DNA of 36,158 nt from an uncultured Eubacteriales bacterium. GTDB taxonomy: Bacteria; Bacillota; Clostridia; Oscillospirales; Oscillospiraceae. Where the stretch lies: NCBI GenBank assembly GCA_958427375.1, contig CAUABY010000001.1:1-36158 (forward strand), read 5' to 3'. The translations under genes were made by a program, and so were the position numbers. The notes under the pieces were generated by a model. That model had not been told where the DNA came from, searched no databases, and saw only the letters and a program-made list of their open reading frames with translations. Below are positions 24,342 through 32,196 of this stretch, in pieces; positions within the stretch are counted from its first letter, which is position 1; the number at the start of each line of letters is the position of its first letter.

Positions 24342-25355
24342 TTATTTTCTCACACCGTTGCGGATGTCGTGAACCTCGTCGAATCTGCCAAAGTAGTAAT
24401 TGACAGCGTTCTCAATGGAGTACTTGCGCACGAGAAAATCAGAGGTATCGGACCAATAGCCGACGTGAGGCATAATGATGAGATTCGGGCGGACTTTGCC
24501 GGTGACAAGGGGAGACTTGTGCAGATCGGGATCCTCGGACTCCAGCATATCAATGCCGGCGCCGCGGATTATACCCTCGTCAAGCGCCCACTTGAGAGCC
24601 TCTTCGGATACCATTTCGCCTCTGCCCTCGTTGATGAAGATGGGGTGCTTCTTCATCTTCGCGAAAGTCTCCTTGTCGAACATATACTTGTTTTCGCTCG
24701 TCAGATTCATGTGGACGGAGACAACGTCGCCCTCTGCCAGAGCGGTGTCAAGGTCAACCAGCTCAACGCCCTGCGCCTCCGCGATTTCAGGCGGGAGGTA
24801 GGGGTCATACGCGATGACTTTCATGCCCAGTCCCTTGCCGGCTATGCGGCCGACATGCTGACCGATGCGGCCAAAGCCGATGATGGCCATAGTCTGGCCC
24901 TCAACACGCTTCATGCCGGGATAGGCGGTGTAGTCCCAGATGTACTTTTCCTGAATGTCGCGGTTGTAATTTATGGTGTTGCGCTGAAGCGCCAGCATGG
25001 AAGCGATGGCGTTCTCCGCGGTCTCCTGCGTGCAGTAGTCGCGGATGGAGACGACCGCGACACCCTTGTGGGCTGCGTACTCCAAATCCACCTCGTTGTA
25101 ACCGGTGGACTGGAAGGAGATGACCTTGCAGTGATCCATGGCATCGAGAAGCTCTTTGCCGAAATAAACATAGGCGTTTATGATGATGTCCGCGTCCTTA
25201 ATGTCGGCGAGGAACTTCTGGTTTACCTCAGAATCAAGGGGCTGGGCGGGATCATAAAGGCCGATAACGACCTCTGCTTCGGGGGGAAGGAAAGTGCAGT
25301 CGAGGCTGTAGTCAACGTCAATGTTAACGGGAGTGTTTGCAAATACAACTTTCAT
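24342..25355 (-). CDS. D-isomer-specific 2-hydroxyacid dehydrogenase, NAD-binding
   Basis: 337 aa. NAD loop IGFGRIGQHVG. Catalytic-region pattern FINEGRGEMV...GAGIDM...MPHVG (Arg/Glu/His triad context). Confidence 0.88.
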   Translation of the reverse strand: MKVVFANTPVNIDVDYSLDCTFLPPEAEVVIGLYDPAQPLDSEVNQKFLADIKDADIIINAYVYFGKELLDAMDHCKVISFQSTGYNEVDLEYAAHKGVAVVSIRDYCTQETAENAIASMLALQRNTINYNRDIQEKYIWDYTAYPGMKRVEGQTMAIIGFGRIGQHVGRIAGKGLGMKVIAYDPYLPPEIAEAQGVELVDLDTALAEGDVVSVHMNLTSENKYMFDKETFAKMKKHPIFINEGRGEMVSEEALKWALDEGIIRGAGIDMLESEDPDLHKSPLVTGKVRPNLIIMPHVGYWSDTSDFLVRKYSIENAVNYYFGRFDEVHDIRNGVRK

Positions 25356-25393
25356 TTTTGTATATCCTTTCTGTTTCCTTATTTGTAATCTCT

Positions 25394-26842
25394 CTATTTT
25401 TCAGCGGTGCAGAAACGTTCCGCTCTGTCCACATCCTCCTGGGTCCGCTTACCGAAAGCCGACACCAGGAAAAACACCACGCCGGAGGCCAGCAGGCCGG
25501 GCCACAGGGCGTCTATCTGGAAAATTGCTCCCCAGCCCAAGCCATCTCCCACCAGCCACAAAAGCACAACCAGCAGAGACACGAGCATGCTGACGAACGA
25601 GGAGTTTGCCGTCGGTTTTTTCCAGAACACACCTGCCACAGTCGGGAAGAAGAGCACGGAGGCCTCAAAGGTGAACGCAAGAAGCAGCAGCTCAATTATG
25701 TCATACTTCCACCAGGCAAGTGACGCGCCGATGATGCCGACCGCAACCGAGCTTACAATGCCCATGATTTTCACGGCTTTATCGGAGGCGTCGGGTTTTA
25801 TAGTGTCTTTATATATATCCATTGAGACGTTTGCGGCACAGCCATTGATACTGACAACCGCCGTGGACATGATAGCGGCAAATACGCCTACAAATACAAG
25901 TCCGGATATGCCGACCGGGAAATATTTTGCTACAAGCGCGGCATACGCGCTGCTTCCGGCAGGAAGCTCAGGCATAAGCACTCTTGCCGACATGCCCATT
26001 ATAGTCGCACCGAGCGCAATGAACAAAATCGCCACACCAGCCCACAGCGCGCCGTTGCGGGAGGTCTTTGCGTCCTTTGCCGCAAAGCAGCGGGTATAGC
26101 TGTCCATGCTGGTAAAAAACGAGAAGATGGAGCTGACGGCGAGCGCGATTATAGTCGGCCAGCCTGAACGACCCGGATCGAAAAACTCCGGCGGCAGGGC
26201 GGAGAGCTGGTTAATGCCGCCCATTTCTTTCGCCGCCAGCGGTACGCCCAGAACAGCCGTACCGAGTATAATCAGGACAAACTGTATCCATGTTGTATAG
26301 GTAATTGCTAAAAGCCCACCTATCGAGGAATAGATAATGGTGACAGCCGTGCTGACTAAAAAGCAGGTTGCTGTGCTCCAGCCGGTGATGGTGGTGAGCA
26401 TACTGCCCATTGCGACAAGCTGGCTTGCCAAAAACGCCAGATTCGCAAGGAAACAGCATATGACCACTATCGTACCGGAGCGCTTGTCATAGCGGCTCGT
26501 CACGAGTGCGGGATAGGTGATATTTTGAAGCTTTGTGCCAAGTCTGTTTACTATCTTAGAAAATGTAAGGCCGAAAATAACACAGCCAAACGATAAAATC
26601 AACACATACCATCCGCCGGTTACGCCCAGATTATACGCGTCGGTGGACGTTCCAACAATAGACGCGCCTCCTATCCAGGAGGACATCCACATAGCGGCGA
26701 GAGAGAACGTGCCGAGCCTTTTTCCTGCTACAAAATAGTCCTCGCTGGTCTTATTCTTTTTATATCCGACCACACCAAGAACTGCCATAAGCACAAAATA
26801 GGCCACAATTATTATTAGGTCTACCGATCTTATGTTTCCCAT
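25394..26842 (-). CDS. sodium:solute symporter family transporter
   Basis: 482 aa with about 13 TM segments. SSF-type N-terminus ...EDYFVAGKRLGTFSLAAMWMSSWIGGASIVG. Confidence 0.85.
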   Translation of the reverse strand: MGNIRSVDLIIIVAYFVLMAVLGVVGYKKNKTSEDYFVAGKRLGTFSLAAMWMSSWIGGASIVGTSTDAYNLGVTGGWYVLILSFGCVIFGLTFSKIVNRLGTKLQNITYPALVTSRYDKRSGTIVVICCFLANLAFLASQLVAMGSMLTTITGWSTATCFLVSTAVTIIYSSIGGLLAITYTTWIQFVLIILGTAVLGVPLAAKEMGGINQLSALPPEFFDPGRSGWPTIIALAVSSIFSFFTSMDSYTRCFAAKDAKTSRNGALWAGVAILFIALGATIMGMSARVLMPELPAGSSAYAALVAKYFPVGISGLVFVGVFAAIMSTAVVSINGCAANVSMDIYKDTIKPDASDKAVKIMGIVSSVAVGIIGASLAWWKYDIIELLLLAFTFEASVLFFPTVAGVFWKKPTANSSFVSMLVSLLVVLLWLVGDGLGWGAIFQIDALWPGLLASGVVFFLVSAFGKRTQEDVDRAERFCTAEK

Positions 26843-26876
26843 TTTTCTCTCCTCAGCTTATATTTCTGTCTCTCAC

Positions 26877-26902
26877 GCGTCCGGCCGGGGTTGGCCGGAC
26901 GC
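26877..26902 (-). other. intercistronic GC-rich stem-loop between the OFOR gamma and symporter genes
   Basis: 10-bp stem GCGTCCGGCC/GGCCGGACGC with a 6-nt loop and no U-tract. Confidence 0.5.
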
Positions 26903-26910
26903 CGCTTCGC

Positions 26911-27459
26911 TCAAAGCTGTTTTTCCGCTTCTTCCACGCCCCTGTCAAAGCACAGGGCGTTCTTGGCGTTTACTTTGCCCTTTTTGGCAAAGAAGTAGTC
27001 TATAGCACCGCGCATGTACGTGACGTCAAAGTCAGGGGACGCGTGGGAGAGCGCGCCGAGCATTACGATGTTTGTGCCGCGGGCATTGCCCAGCTCATTT
27101 GCGATATCGGTCGCGGGAACCTTTACCACCTTGATATCATCACGGTATGTTCTGTCTTTTCTCGCAAGGCTGCTGTTGACAAGCAGGATGCCGCCGGGCT
27201 TAATCTGGCTTTCAAACTTGTCTATTGCAGCATCGTTGAGCGTGTAGAGTATGTCAAGCTGATGGCAGTAGGGGCTGGGTATCTCTTCATCGCTTATTTT
27301 GATGTTGCAGTTTGCCGTGCCGCCGCGCATCTCGGAGCCGTAAGACGGATACCAGGTAACGTTCTTGCCATCCTCCATGCCCGCGTCAGCGAGTATCATT
27401 CCCGCAACCAGTACGCCCTGTCCGCCGAAGCCGGAGCAAATTATTTCAGTCATGCTCAT
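26911..27459 (-). CDS. 2-oxoacid:ferredoxin oxidoreductase, gamma subunit
   Basis: GFGGQGVLVAGMILA...YPSYGSEMRGGTANC signature. ATGA overlap with the beta-subunit stop. Confidence 0.88.
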   Translation of the reverse strand: MSMTEIICSGFGGQGVLVAGMILADAGMEDGKNVTWYPSYGSEMRGGTANCNIKISDEEIPSPYCHQLDILYTLNDAAIDKFESQIKPGGILLVNSSLARKDRTYRDDIKVVKVPATDIANELGNARGTNIVMLGALSHASPDFDVTYMRGAIDYFFAKKGKVNAKNALCFDRGVEEAEKQL

Positions 27460-28193
27460 TTACCTCCTCTATCTACAAACTCGCCGAGCTGGAAGTATGC
27501 CTCCTGCTGCTCTTTCATAAATTTCAGAGCATCCGCCGGAGTCTTGTTCCAGTTGGTGGGGCAGGGGCTGAGAACTTCAACAAGACAGAAACCCTCGCCG
27601 TTCATCTGCTTTTCAAGCGCTTTCTTTATCATCTTCCCGGTCTTTATGACCTGTGCCGGGCTGTCCACGCTGCCGCGGGCAAGATACGCAATATCCATCT
27701 GGCTGAGAACCTTCATCGCGTCAAAGGGTCTGCCGTTCCTGTCAAGGTCTCTGCCCTTGGGTGAGGATGTGGTTTTCATGCCGGGCAGAGTCGTGGGTGA
27801 CATCTGTCCGCCGGTCATGCCGAAAACGCTGTTGTTGACAACAAGCGCGAGGATGTTTTCATTTCTCATAGCGCAGTGGATAGTGCTCTCCATGCCGATG
27901 CTGTATGCCGAGCCGTCGCCGGGATGCGCTATCACGATTGCGTCGGGTCTGGCGCGCTTTGTGCCAGCCGCGGTGATGATCGGGCGGCCGTGAGCCGCGC
28001 CGATGTTATTAAAGTGCATAACCGTCTGGGCAAACTCGCCGCAGGCGACATCTTCAACCATGATGATTTTATCTTCGATGCCGAGCTGTTCGGCAGCCTC
28101 CGCAACGAGGCGGGCGATGATGCCGTGGCCACAACCGGGACACCAGCCGATATGTGCCTTTGTATCTATGCCTCTGGGTACTTTGCATTTCAT
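27456..28193 (-). CDS. 2-oxoacid:ferredoxin oxidoreductase, beta (TPP-binding) subunit
   Basis: WCPGCGHGII cysteine motif and a GDG...NN TPP-binding pattern (HPGDGSAYSIG...VVNNSVFGMTGGQ). Confidence 0.9.
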   Translation of the reverse strand: MKCKVPRGIDTKAHIGWCPGCGHGIIARLVAEAAEQLGIEDKIIMVEDVACGEFAQTVMHFNNIGAAHGRPIITAAGTKRARPDAIVIAHPGDGSAYSIGMESTIHCAMRNENILALVVNNSVFGMTGGQMSPTTLPGMKTTSSPKGRDLDRNGRPFDAMKVLSQMDIAYLARGSVDSPAQVIKTGKMIKKALEKQMNGEGFCLVEVLSPCPTNWNKTPADALKFMKEQQEAYFQLGEFVDRGGK

Positions 28194-28207
28194 CTGTCTG
28201 TCCCTCC

Positions 28208-29263
28208 TCAGTATTCCTTTAGCATTTTCTGTACGCGCTCAAGGATAATATCCTCAGACGGCACATTTGCAAATTCGTTGTAGCCCTCTACCGGAAGCCT
28301 GTCGTTTATCGTCAGGCGAACATCATCGCGCATCTGGCCGAGGATGTTCATTTCCACGCACAGGATACCCTTGACCTGCTCGCCGAGAGCATCGAAAGCC
28401 TTTTTCGGGAACGGCCAAAGGGTGATGGGGCGGATAAGACCGAGCTTTATGCCCTGCGCTCTGGCTTTCTTAACCGCCGCTTTGGAAATACGGGAGCTGA
28501 TACCGTATGCAACGAGAATGATCTCCGCATCTTCCGTCTCAACCGCTTCCCAGCGCTGCTCCTCAGCCTCCATACGATTGTACTTATCTTTGAGGTAGTC
28601 CACATATGCGTCCGCGCCTATCGTGTAGTAGGTGTTCCAGACGATCCTGTGCTCCTCACCTTCCTGACGGGGCGCGATTGCCCAGTCGTAGGTGTTTATG
28701 TCGTGCTCTTTCATCTCCGGCAGTTCTACCGGCTCCACCATCTGTCCAATTGCCGCGTCCGAGCCTATAAGCACCGGGTGGCGGTATTTCTCCGCCAAGT
28801 CAAAGGCCAGATACGCAAGGTCCGCATTCTCCTGTACGCTTGCAGGCGCAAGCACTATCGTTCTGTAGTCGCCGTGACCGCCGCCGCGGGTGAGCTGCCA
28901 GTAGTCGCCCTGACCCTGGAATATATCGCCAAGGCCTGAGCCTATGCGCATAACATCCGCGATAACAGCCGGAATATCGTTTCCGCACAGATACGAAATG
29001 CCCTCCTGTTTGAGCGAGAAGCCCGGTCCGGAAGATGTCGTAAGCGCTCTTGCTCCGCAGGCCGCCGCGCCAAAGAGCATGTTTATACCGGCGATTTCAG
29101 ACTCAGTCTGTACAAATTGGCCGCCTACTTCCTCCATGCGCCAGGACATATACTCCAAAATCTCAGTCTGAGGCGTGATCGGATATCCGCTGAAAAAGCG
29201 GCAGCCCGCGCGCAGGCAGGCCTCGGCAAAGGCCTCGTTGCCTTTCATCAATACTTTTGCCAT
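28208..29263 (-). CDS. 2-oxoacid:ferredoxin oxidoreductase, alpha subunit
   Basis: MKGNEAFAEACLRAGCRFFSGYPITPQTEI N-terminus. 351 aa. Confidence 0.9.
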   Translation of the reverse strand: MAKVLMKGNEAFAEACLRAGCRFFSGYPITPQTEILEYMSWRMEEVGGQFVQTESEIAGINMLFGAAACGARALTTSSGPGFSLKQEGISYLCGNDIPAVIADVMRIGSGLGDIFQGQGDYWQLTRGGGHGDYRTIVLAPASVQENADLAYLAFDLAEKYRHPVLIGSDAAIGQMVEPVELPEMKEHDINTYDWAIAPRQEGEEHRIVWNTYYTIGADAYVDYLKDKYNRMEAEEQRWEAVETEDAEIILVAYGISSRISKAAVKKARAQGIKLGLIRPITLWPFPKKAFDALGEQVKGILCVEMNILGQMRDDVRLTINDRLPVEGYNEFANVPSEDIILERVQKMLKEY

Positions 29264-29281
29264 CTTGCAGTCACATCCTTT

Positions 29282-29479
29282 TTATAATATTTCAAACACA
29301 TAGTCCGGGCACATCCTGTAGCATGAGCCGCACTGGATGCACTTGTCCTCGTCCACCTTCACGGTCTCATAGCCTTTCTCTCCCAGCTCACCGGAAGGAG
29401 ACAGAGCGCCGACAGGACACACACTTACGCAGAGCAGACAGCCCTTGCAGCGTTCCGTCTCCATGACGATTTTTGCCAT
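29282..29479 (-). CDS. 2-oxoacid:ferredoxin oxidoreductase, delta subunit (2x[4Fe-4S] ferredoxin)
   Basis: 65 aa with CKGCLLCVSVCP and CIQCGSCYRMCP motifs. GGAGGG RBS. Confidence 0.88.
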   Translation of the reverse strand: MAKIVMETERCKGCLLCVSVCPVGALSPSGELGEKGYETVKVDEDKCIQCGSCYRMCPDYVFEIL

Positions 29480-29527
29480 AACTTCTTACCCTCCTGTATT
29501 AATTTTTGTTTGTTTTCCTTTGCGCAA

Positions 29528-29553
29528 TGTTCTATTATACAGAACATTGTTCT
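29528..29553. promoter_or_regulatory. composite operator copy 1 (GTTCT-N7-AGAAC-N3-GTTCT) containing the minus-strand TATAAT of the OFOR operon
   Basis: tGTTCTaTTATaCAGAACattGTTCT. The palindrome AATGTTCT/AGAACATT spans 29526-29548. The reverse complement of 29534-29539 is TATAAT, about 50 nt upstream of the delta start. Confidence 0.65.
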
Positions 29554-29610
29554 TTGAACTAAGCCTTTTTTATAGCGAGATTTCCGCTCTCGCCATTTTC
29601 TGCGTCCGTC

Positions 29611-29636
29611 TGTTCTGTTATGCAGAACCTCGTTCT
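29611..29636. promoter_or_regulatory. composite operator copy 2
   Basis: tGTTCTgTTATgCAGAACctcGTTCT. It is 22/26 identical to copy 1 with the same architecture, offset by 83 bp. Confidence 0.65.
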
Positions 29637-29644
29637 GATATATT

Positions 29645-29678
29645 GTGAAAAACAAAGCGCAAAGTTAATTTGCGCTTT
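29645..29678 (-). terminator. rho-independent terminator after the IclR gene
   Basis: AAAGCGCAAA/TTTGCGCTTT stem (29654-29678). On the minus strand it is followed by GTTTTTC. Confidence 0.75.
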
Positions 29679-29751
29679 TATAATATCACCATATAATCTT
29701 AAAAACAATTAACACTCGTTACAAATCTAAAAATTACTTTTTGTGTACTTC

Positions 29752-30531
29752 TCACAAAGCGGAGCATATTTCCTTGATATGTTTTGACAGCAATTTCACA
29801 AACTGCTCAATTTTTTCTTCCGTAAATCTCGGTGACGGGCCGCTAACGCTGACGGCGCCGACAACAGCGCCGTCTCCATTGAGGATAGGCATGGCCACGC
29901 ACTTTATTCCTATTGAGTTTTCCATATTGTCCACCGCGTAGCCGCGCTGCCTTATCTCGCTCAGCTCTTTGCGCATCAGTTCCGGGTCAGTGATGGTGTA
30001 CTCCGTAAAGCGCGGCAGAGGTGCGGACAGGTAATCCTCTATAAATGCCTCCGACATATAAGCCAGCATACATTTGCCGCTGCTGGTGGAATTCATGGTG
30101 TCAGTGAAATTGTGCATAGACGCGGTCATAAACGGGTGGTTCTCAAAGGGTGCGACAGCGTCAAGATAAAAAACGGTGTAGCCCTGCGGCACGGTGAGAT
30201 AGCAGGTTTCGCCCGTCTCCTTGGCGAGCTGCCGGATATGAATTCCGGCTATGCGCTGGAAACCGTTTGCCTCCTTTGCCGCGCGCCCAAGCTTTACAGC
30301 GCCGATGCCGAGATAATATTTGCCTGACTCCTCGTTTTTCTCAACATAGCCCATGGCGGCAAGCGTACTGAGTATATCAAAAACGTTACTCTTGTACAAA
30401 TCAAGCATCTCGCTTATCTCAGTCACTCCGAGCGGCTGCTTCTCAATAAAGCAATTGAGGACATTGATAGCTTTTTGAAGGCTCTTATTCTTTATTTTTC
30501 CCTTCTGAATCTCTTCTGTCATGCAGTGCAT
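29752..30531 (-). CDS. IclR-family transcriptional regulator
   Basis: N-terminal wHTH (LQKAINVLNCF...GVTEISEMLDLYKSNVFDILSTLAAMGYV) plus an IclR effector domain (...IGIKCVAMPILNGDGAVVGAVSVSGP). The start is uncertain: ATG at 30531 or 30522. The 300-aa track ORF is over-extended. Confidence 0.85.
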   Translation of the reverse strand: MHCMTEEIQKGKIKNKSLQKAINVLNCFIEKQPLGVTEISEMLDLYKSNVFDILSTLAAMGYVEKNEESGKYYLGIGAVKLGRAAKEANGFQRIAGIHIRQLAKETGETCYLTVPQGYTVFYLDAVAPFENHPFMTASMHNFTDTMNSTSSGKCMLAYMSEAFIEDYLSAPLPRFTEYTITDPELMRKELSEIRQRGYAVDNMENSIGIKCVAMPILNGDGAVVGAVSVSGPSPRFTEEKIEQFVKLLSKHIKEICSAL

Positions 30532-30669
30532 CACCTCATGTCCACCATAGTACTGTAAGTTCTCATGCCGTGCAGACCGCCGTATCACGCGGCCTGATCT
30601 GCAGGCATCATCTCCTGTAAAAAACAGTTTAACTTGTATTGTCTGAAAAAGCAAGTCTTTTCACGCAAA

Positions 30670-30704
30670 GCGGAGGGGCGGGGAAAATAAGTCCCTGCCC
30701 CTCC
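30670..30704 (-). terminator. hairpin/terminator after the surface-protein gene
   Basis: 14-bp stem CGGAGGGGCGGGGA/TCCCTGCCCCTCCG with one G-U pair. Weak U-tract (CTTTG) on the minus strand. Confidence 0.45.
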
Positions 30705-30787
30705 GTAAGCCAAGCGTTCACAGCTGATTTTATCTCCGCCCGCGAAAAAGTTCTCAGTATGCAGGCGTTTTATCGTTTATCCCGGCT

Positions 30788-31996
30788 TTATTCCCAGTCA
30801 TCATAATCCCGCTCTCTGCGGCGGCGGGCACGCTCGCGCGCACGGCGCTGTCTCTCGCGCCGCGCGTTTATGCTCGATACCACCATCAGCACAACTATCA
30901 GAACAATTGCGCCGATGCCGACATAGAGTATCCATTTCCCGCTCGAAGCGCTCTTTTCGTACTTCACCTCGCGCGTGGTCTCATAGTCGCACACCGAGCA
31001 CTCGCCCGTCTCTTCACCGGGGGCTTTCTTGGTGGGCTTCTCAGTCTCCTTCCACGTCATACTGTGCGCGGTCTCGTCCGAGCGCGCGCCGCAGATGCTG
31101 CATTCGTGCCAGTGGCTGTTCTCGTCATACTTCCACTCGCGGCCGTAGCTATGCTCGTGGTCGGCCGGCTCTTCATCGCCCGGCGCGGGTGAGGCGCTCG
31201 CCGATGGTGAGGGGCTGGGGCTTGCCGACGGCGACGGCGTTGGCGTGGGTGACGGGCTCGGAGTGGGCGTGGGCGCGGCGGCCTTTACATAGAGATAGGC
31301 CGCGTTCGTCTCCACACTGCCGCCCGCGCCGGAGAAAGTGCAGTAGATTTTGCTGTTGTCCAGCGCCTTTGGTATGTTTCTCAAAATGACCTTGCCGAAA
31401 GTTTCGCTGCAGGTCATCTGCGGATAGCTCTTTTGCAGCTCTTCTATGCTGTACTTATTGCCGTTGCCGTCGATAAGCGTCCACACGCTCGTATCCACGC
31501 CGTTGGCCGAGGCGACGAACGATGTGAGTTCACCCTCTTCAATGTTCTCGCTCGTGGGATGCTTGGTGATGGTCGGCGCCCACACATCCGGCGCGTACAC
31601 GCGCGTGATGGTAAGGTAGGTGCCCCCGCCGCCGACTGCCGCGTCCGCCGGAGAGTTATTGAGATACACCTCAAGCCCATCGGCAAAATAGCTGCCCGGC
31701 TGAACGCCCAGCGTGATAGTCACCATGGCATAGTCCGTGGTGAAGGTATCTATCGGCTGGCCGGACATATCCGTCCACGAAATACCGGCCACATAGCACC
31801 CGGCGGTGCTCGTCGCGGCGCTGATGCTGCCCGCGCTTGACATCGCAACCGGCGTACCAGAGGTCGTAGCCAAAACCTTTGTGATGGGGCTGCCAGGCTC
31901 TTCCGCGCTCGCGCTGACCGGCGCGGCCGCAAAAAGCCCAAGCACAAGTCCAAACGCCGCCAAAACAGCCGTAAAATATCTTCTGATGCCTTTCAT
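30788..31996 (-). CDS. membrane-anchored cell-surface protein: signal peptide, two beta-rich (Ig-like) domains, Pro/Ser/Thr linker, Cys/His module, TM anchor, Arg-rich tail
   Basis: Signal peptide ...APVSASAEE. I-set-like segment PTITKHPTSENIEEGELTSF...KIYCTFSGAGGSVETNAAYLYV. PTPTPSPSP... linker. HEHSYGREWKYDENSHWHECSICG...GECSVCDYET module. TM segment WILYVGIGAIVLIVVLMVV. Tail RRERQRRARERARRRRER. GGAGG RBS. Confidence 0.75.
   Translation of the reverse strand: MKGIRRYFTAVLAAFGLVLGLFAAAPVSASAEEPGSPITKVLATTSGTPVAMSSAGSISAATSTAGCYVAGISWTDMSGQPIDTFTTDYAMVTITLGVQPGSYFADGLEVYLNNSPADAAVGGGGTYLTITRVYAPDVWAPTITKHPTSENIEEGELTSFVASANGVDTSVWTLIDGNGNKYSIEELQKSYPQMTCSETFGKVILRNIPKALDNSKIYCTFSGAGGSVETNAAYLYVKAAAPTPTPSPSPTPTPSPSASPSPSPSASASPAPGDEEPADHEHSYGREWKYDENSHWHECSICGARSDETAHSMTWKETEKPTKKAPGEETGECSVCDYETTREVKYEKSASSGKWILYVGIGAIVLIVVLMVVSSINARRERQRRARERARRRRERDYDDWE
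31178..31282 (-). repeat. low-complexity coding repeat (Pro-Ser/Pro-Thr linker, aa 239-273)
   Basis: Degenerate GGNGAN/GGNGTN hexamer iteration on the plus strand, encoding APTPTPSPSPTPTPSPSASPSPSPSASASPAP. Confidence 0.8.
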
Positions 31997-32032
31997 AAGT
32001 ACAGCCTCCTTGTCCTTATACTGTTTAGACTG

Positions 32033-32068
32033 ATTGTACGCGAAAAAGTTCCGTCTGAAATTCCGTCT
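32033..32068 (-). promoter_or_regulatory. putative promoter of the surface-protein gene: TACAAT preceded by direct repeat AGACGGAA x2
   Basis: On the minus strand: AGACGGAA (32068-32061), TTTC, AGACGGAA (32056-32049), 10 nt, TACAAT (32038-32033). Confidence 0.5.
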
Positions 32069-32128
32069 TTTATTATTTAAATTATACGTTTTAAATTGCC
32101 CGCGGTCAAGCGGAAATATCGCAATTTC

Positions 32129-32157
32129 TTGACGCGGCGCGGCGCGGCGGATATAAT
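32129..32157 (+). promoter_or_regulatory. sigma-A-like promoter of mnmG
   Basis: TTGACG (32129-32134), then a 17-nt GC-only spacer (CGGCG repeats), then TATAAT (32152-32157). Confidence 0.6.
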
Positions 32158-32196
32158 AGAGTGATAAATTATTTGGTAAAGCAGAGGCGGCTTTCG

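Noticed and set aside
31178-31282. Short-period DNA repeats that could be mistaken for a tandem-repeat locus or CRISPR-like array
   Set aside because: They lie in frame inside the surface-protein gene and encode its Pro-Ser/Pro-Thr linker. The Ala/Pro/Glu linker of the ABC binding protein (about 16930-17010) is the same kind of thing. No repeat-spacer periodicity of 25-40 bp exists anywhere in 1-36158.
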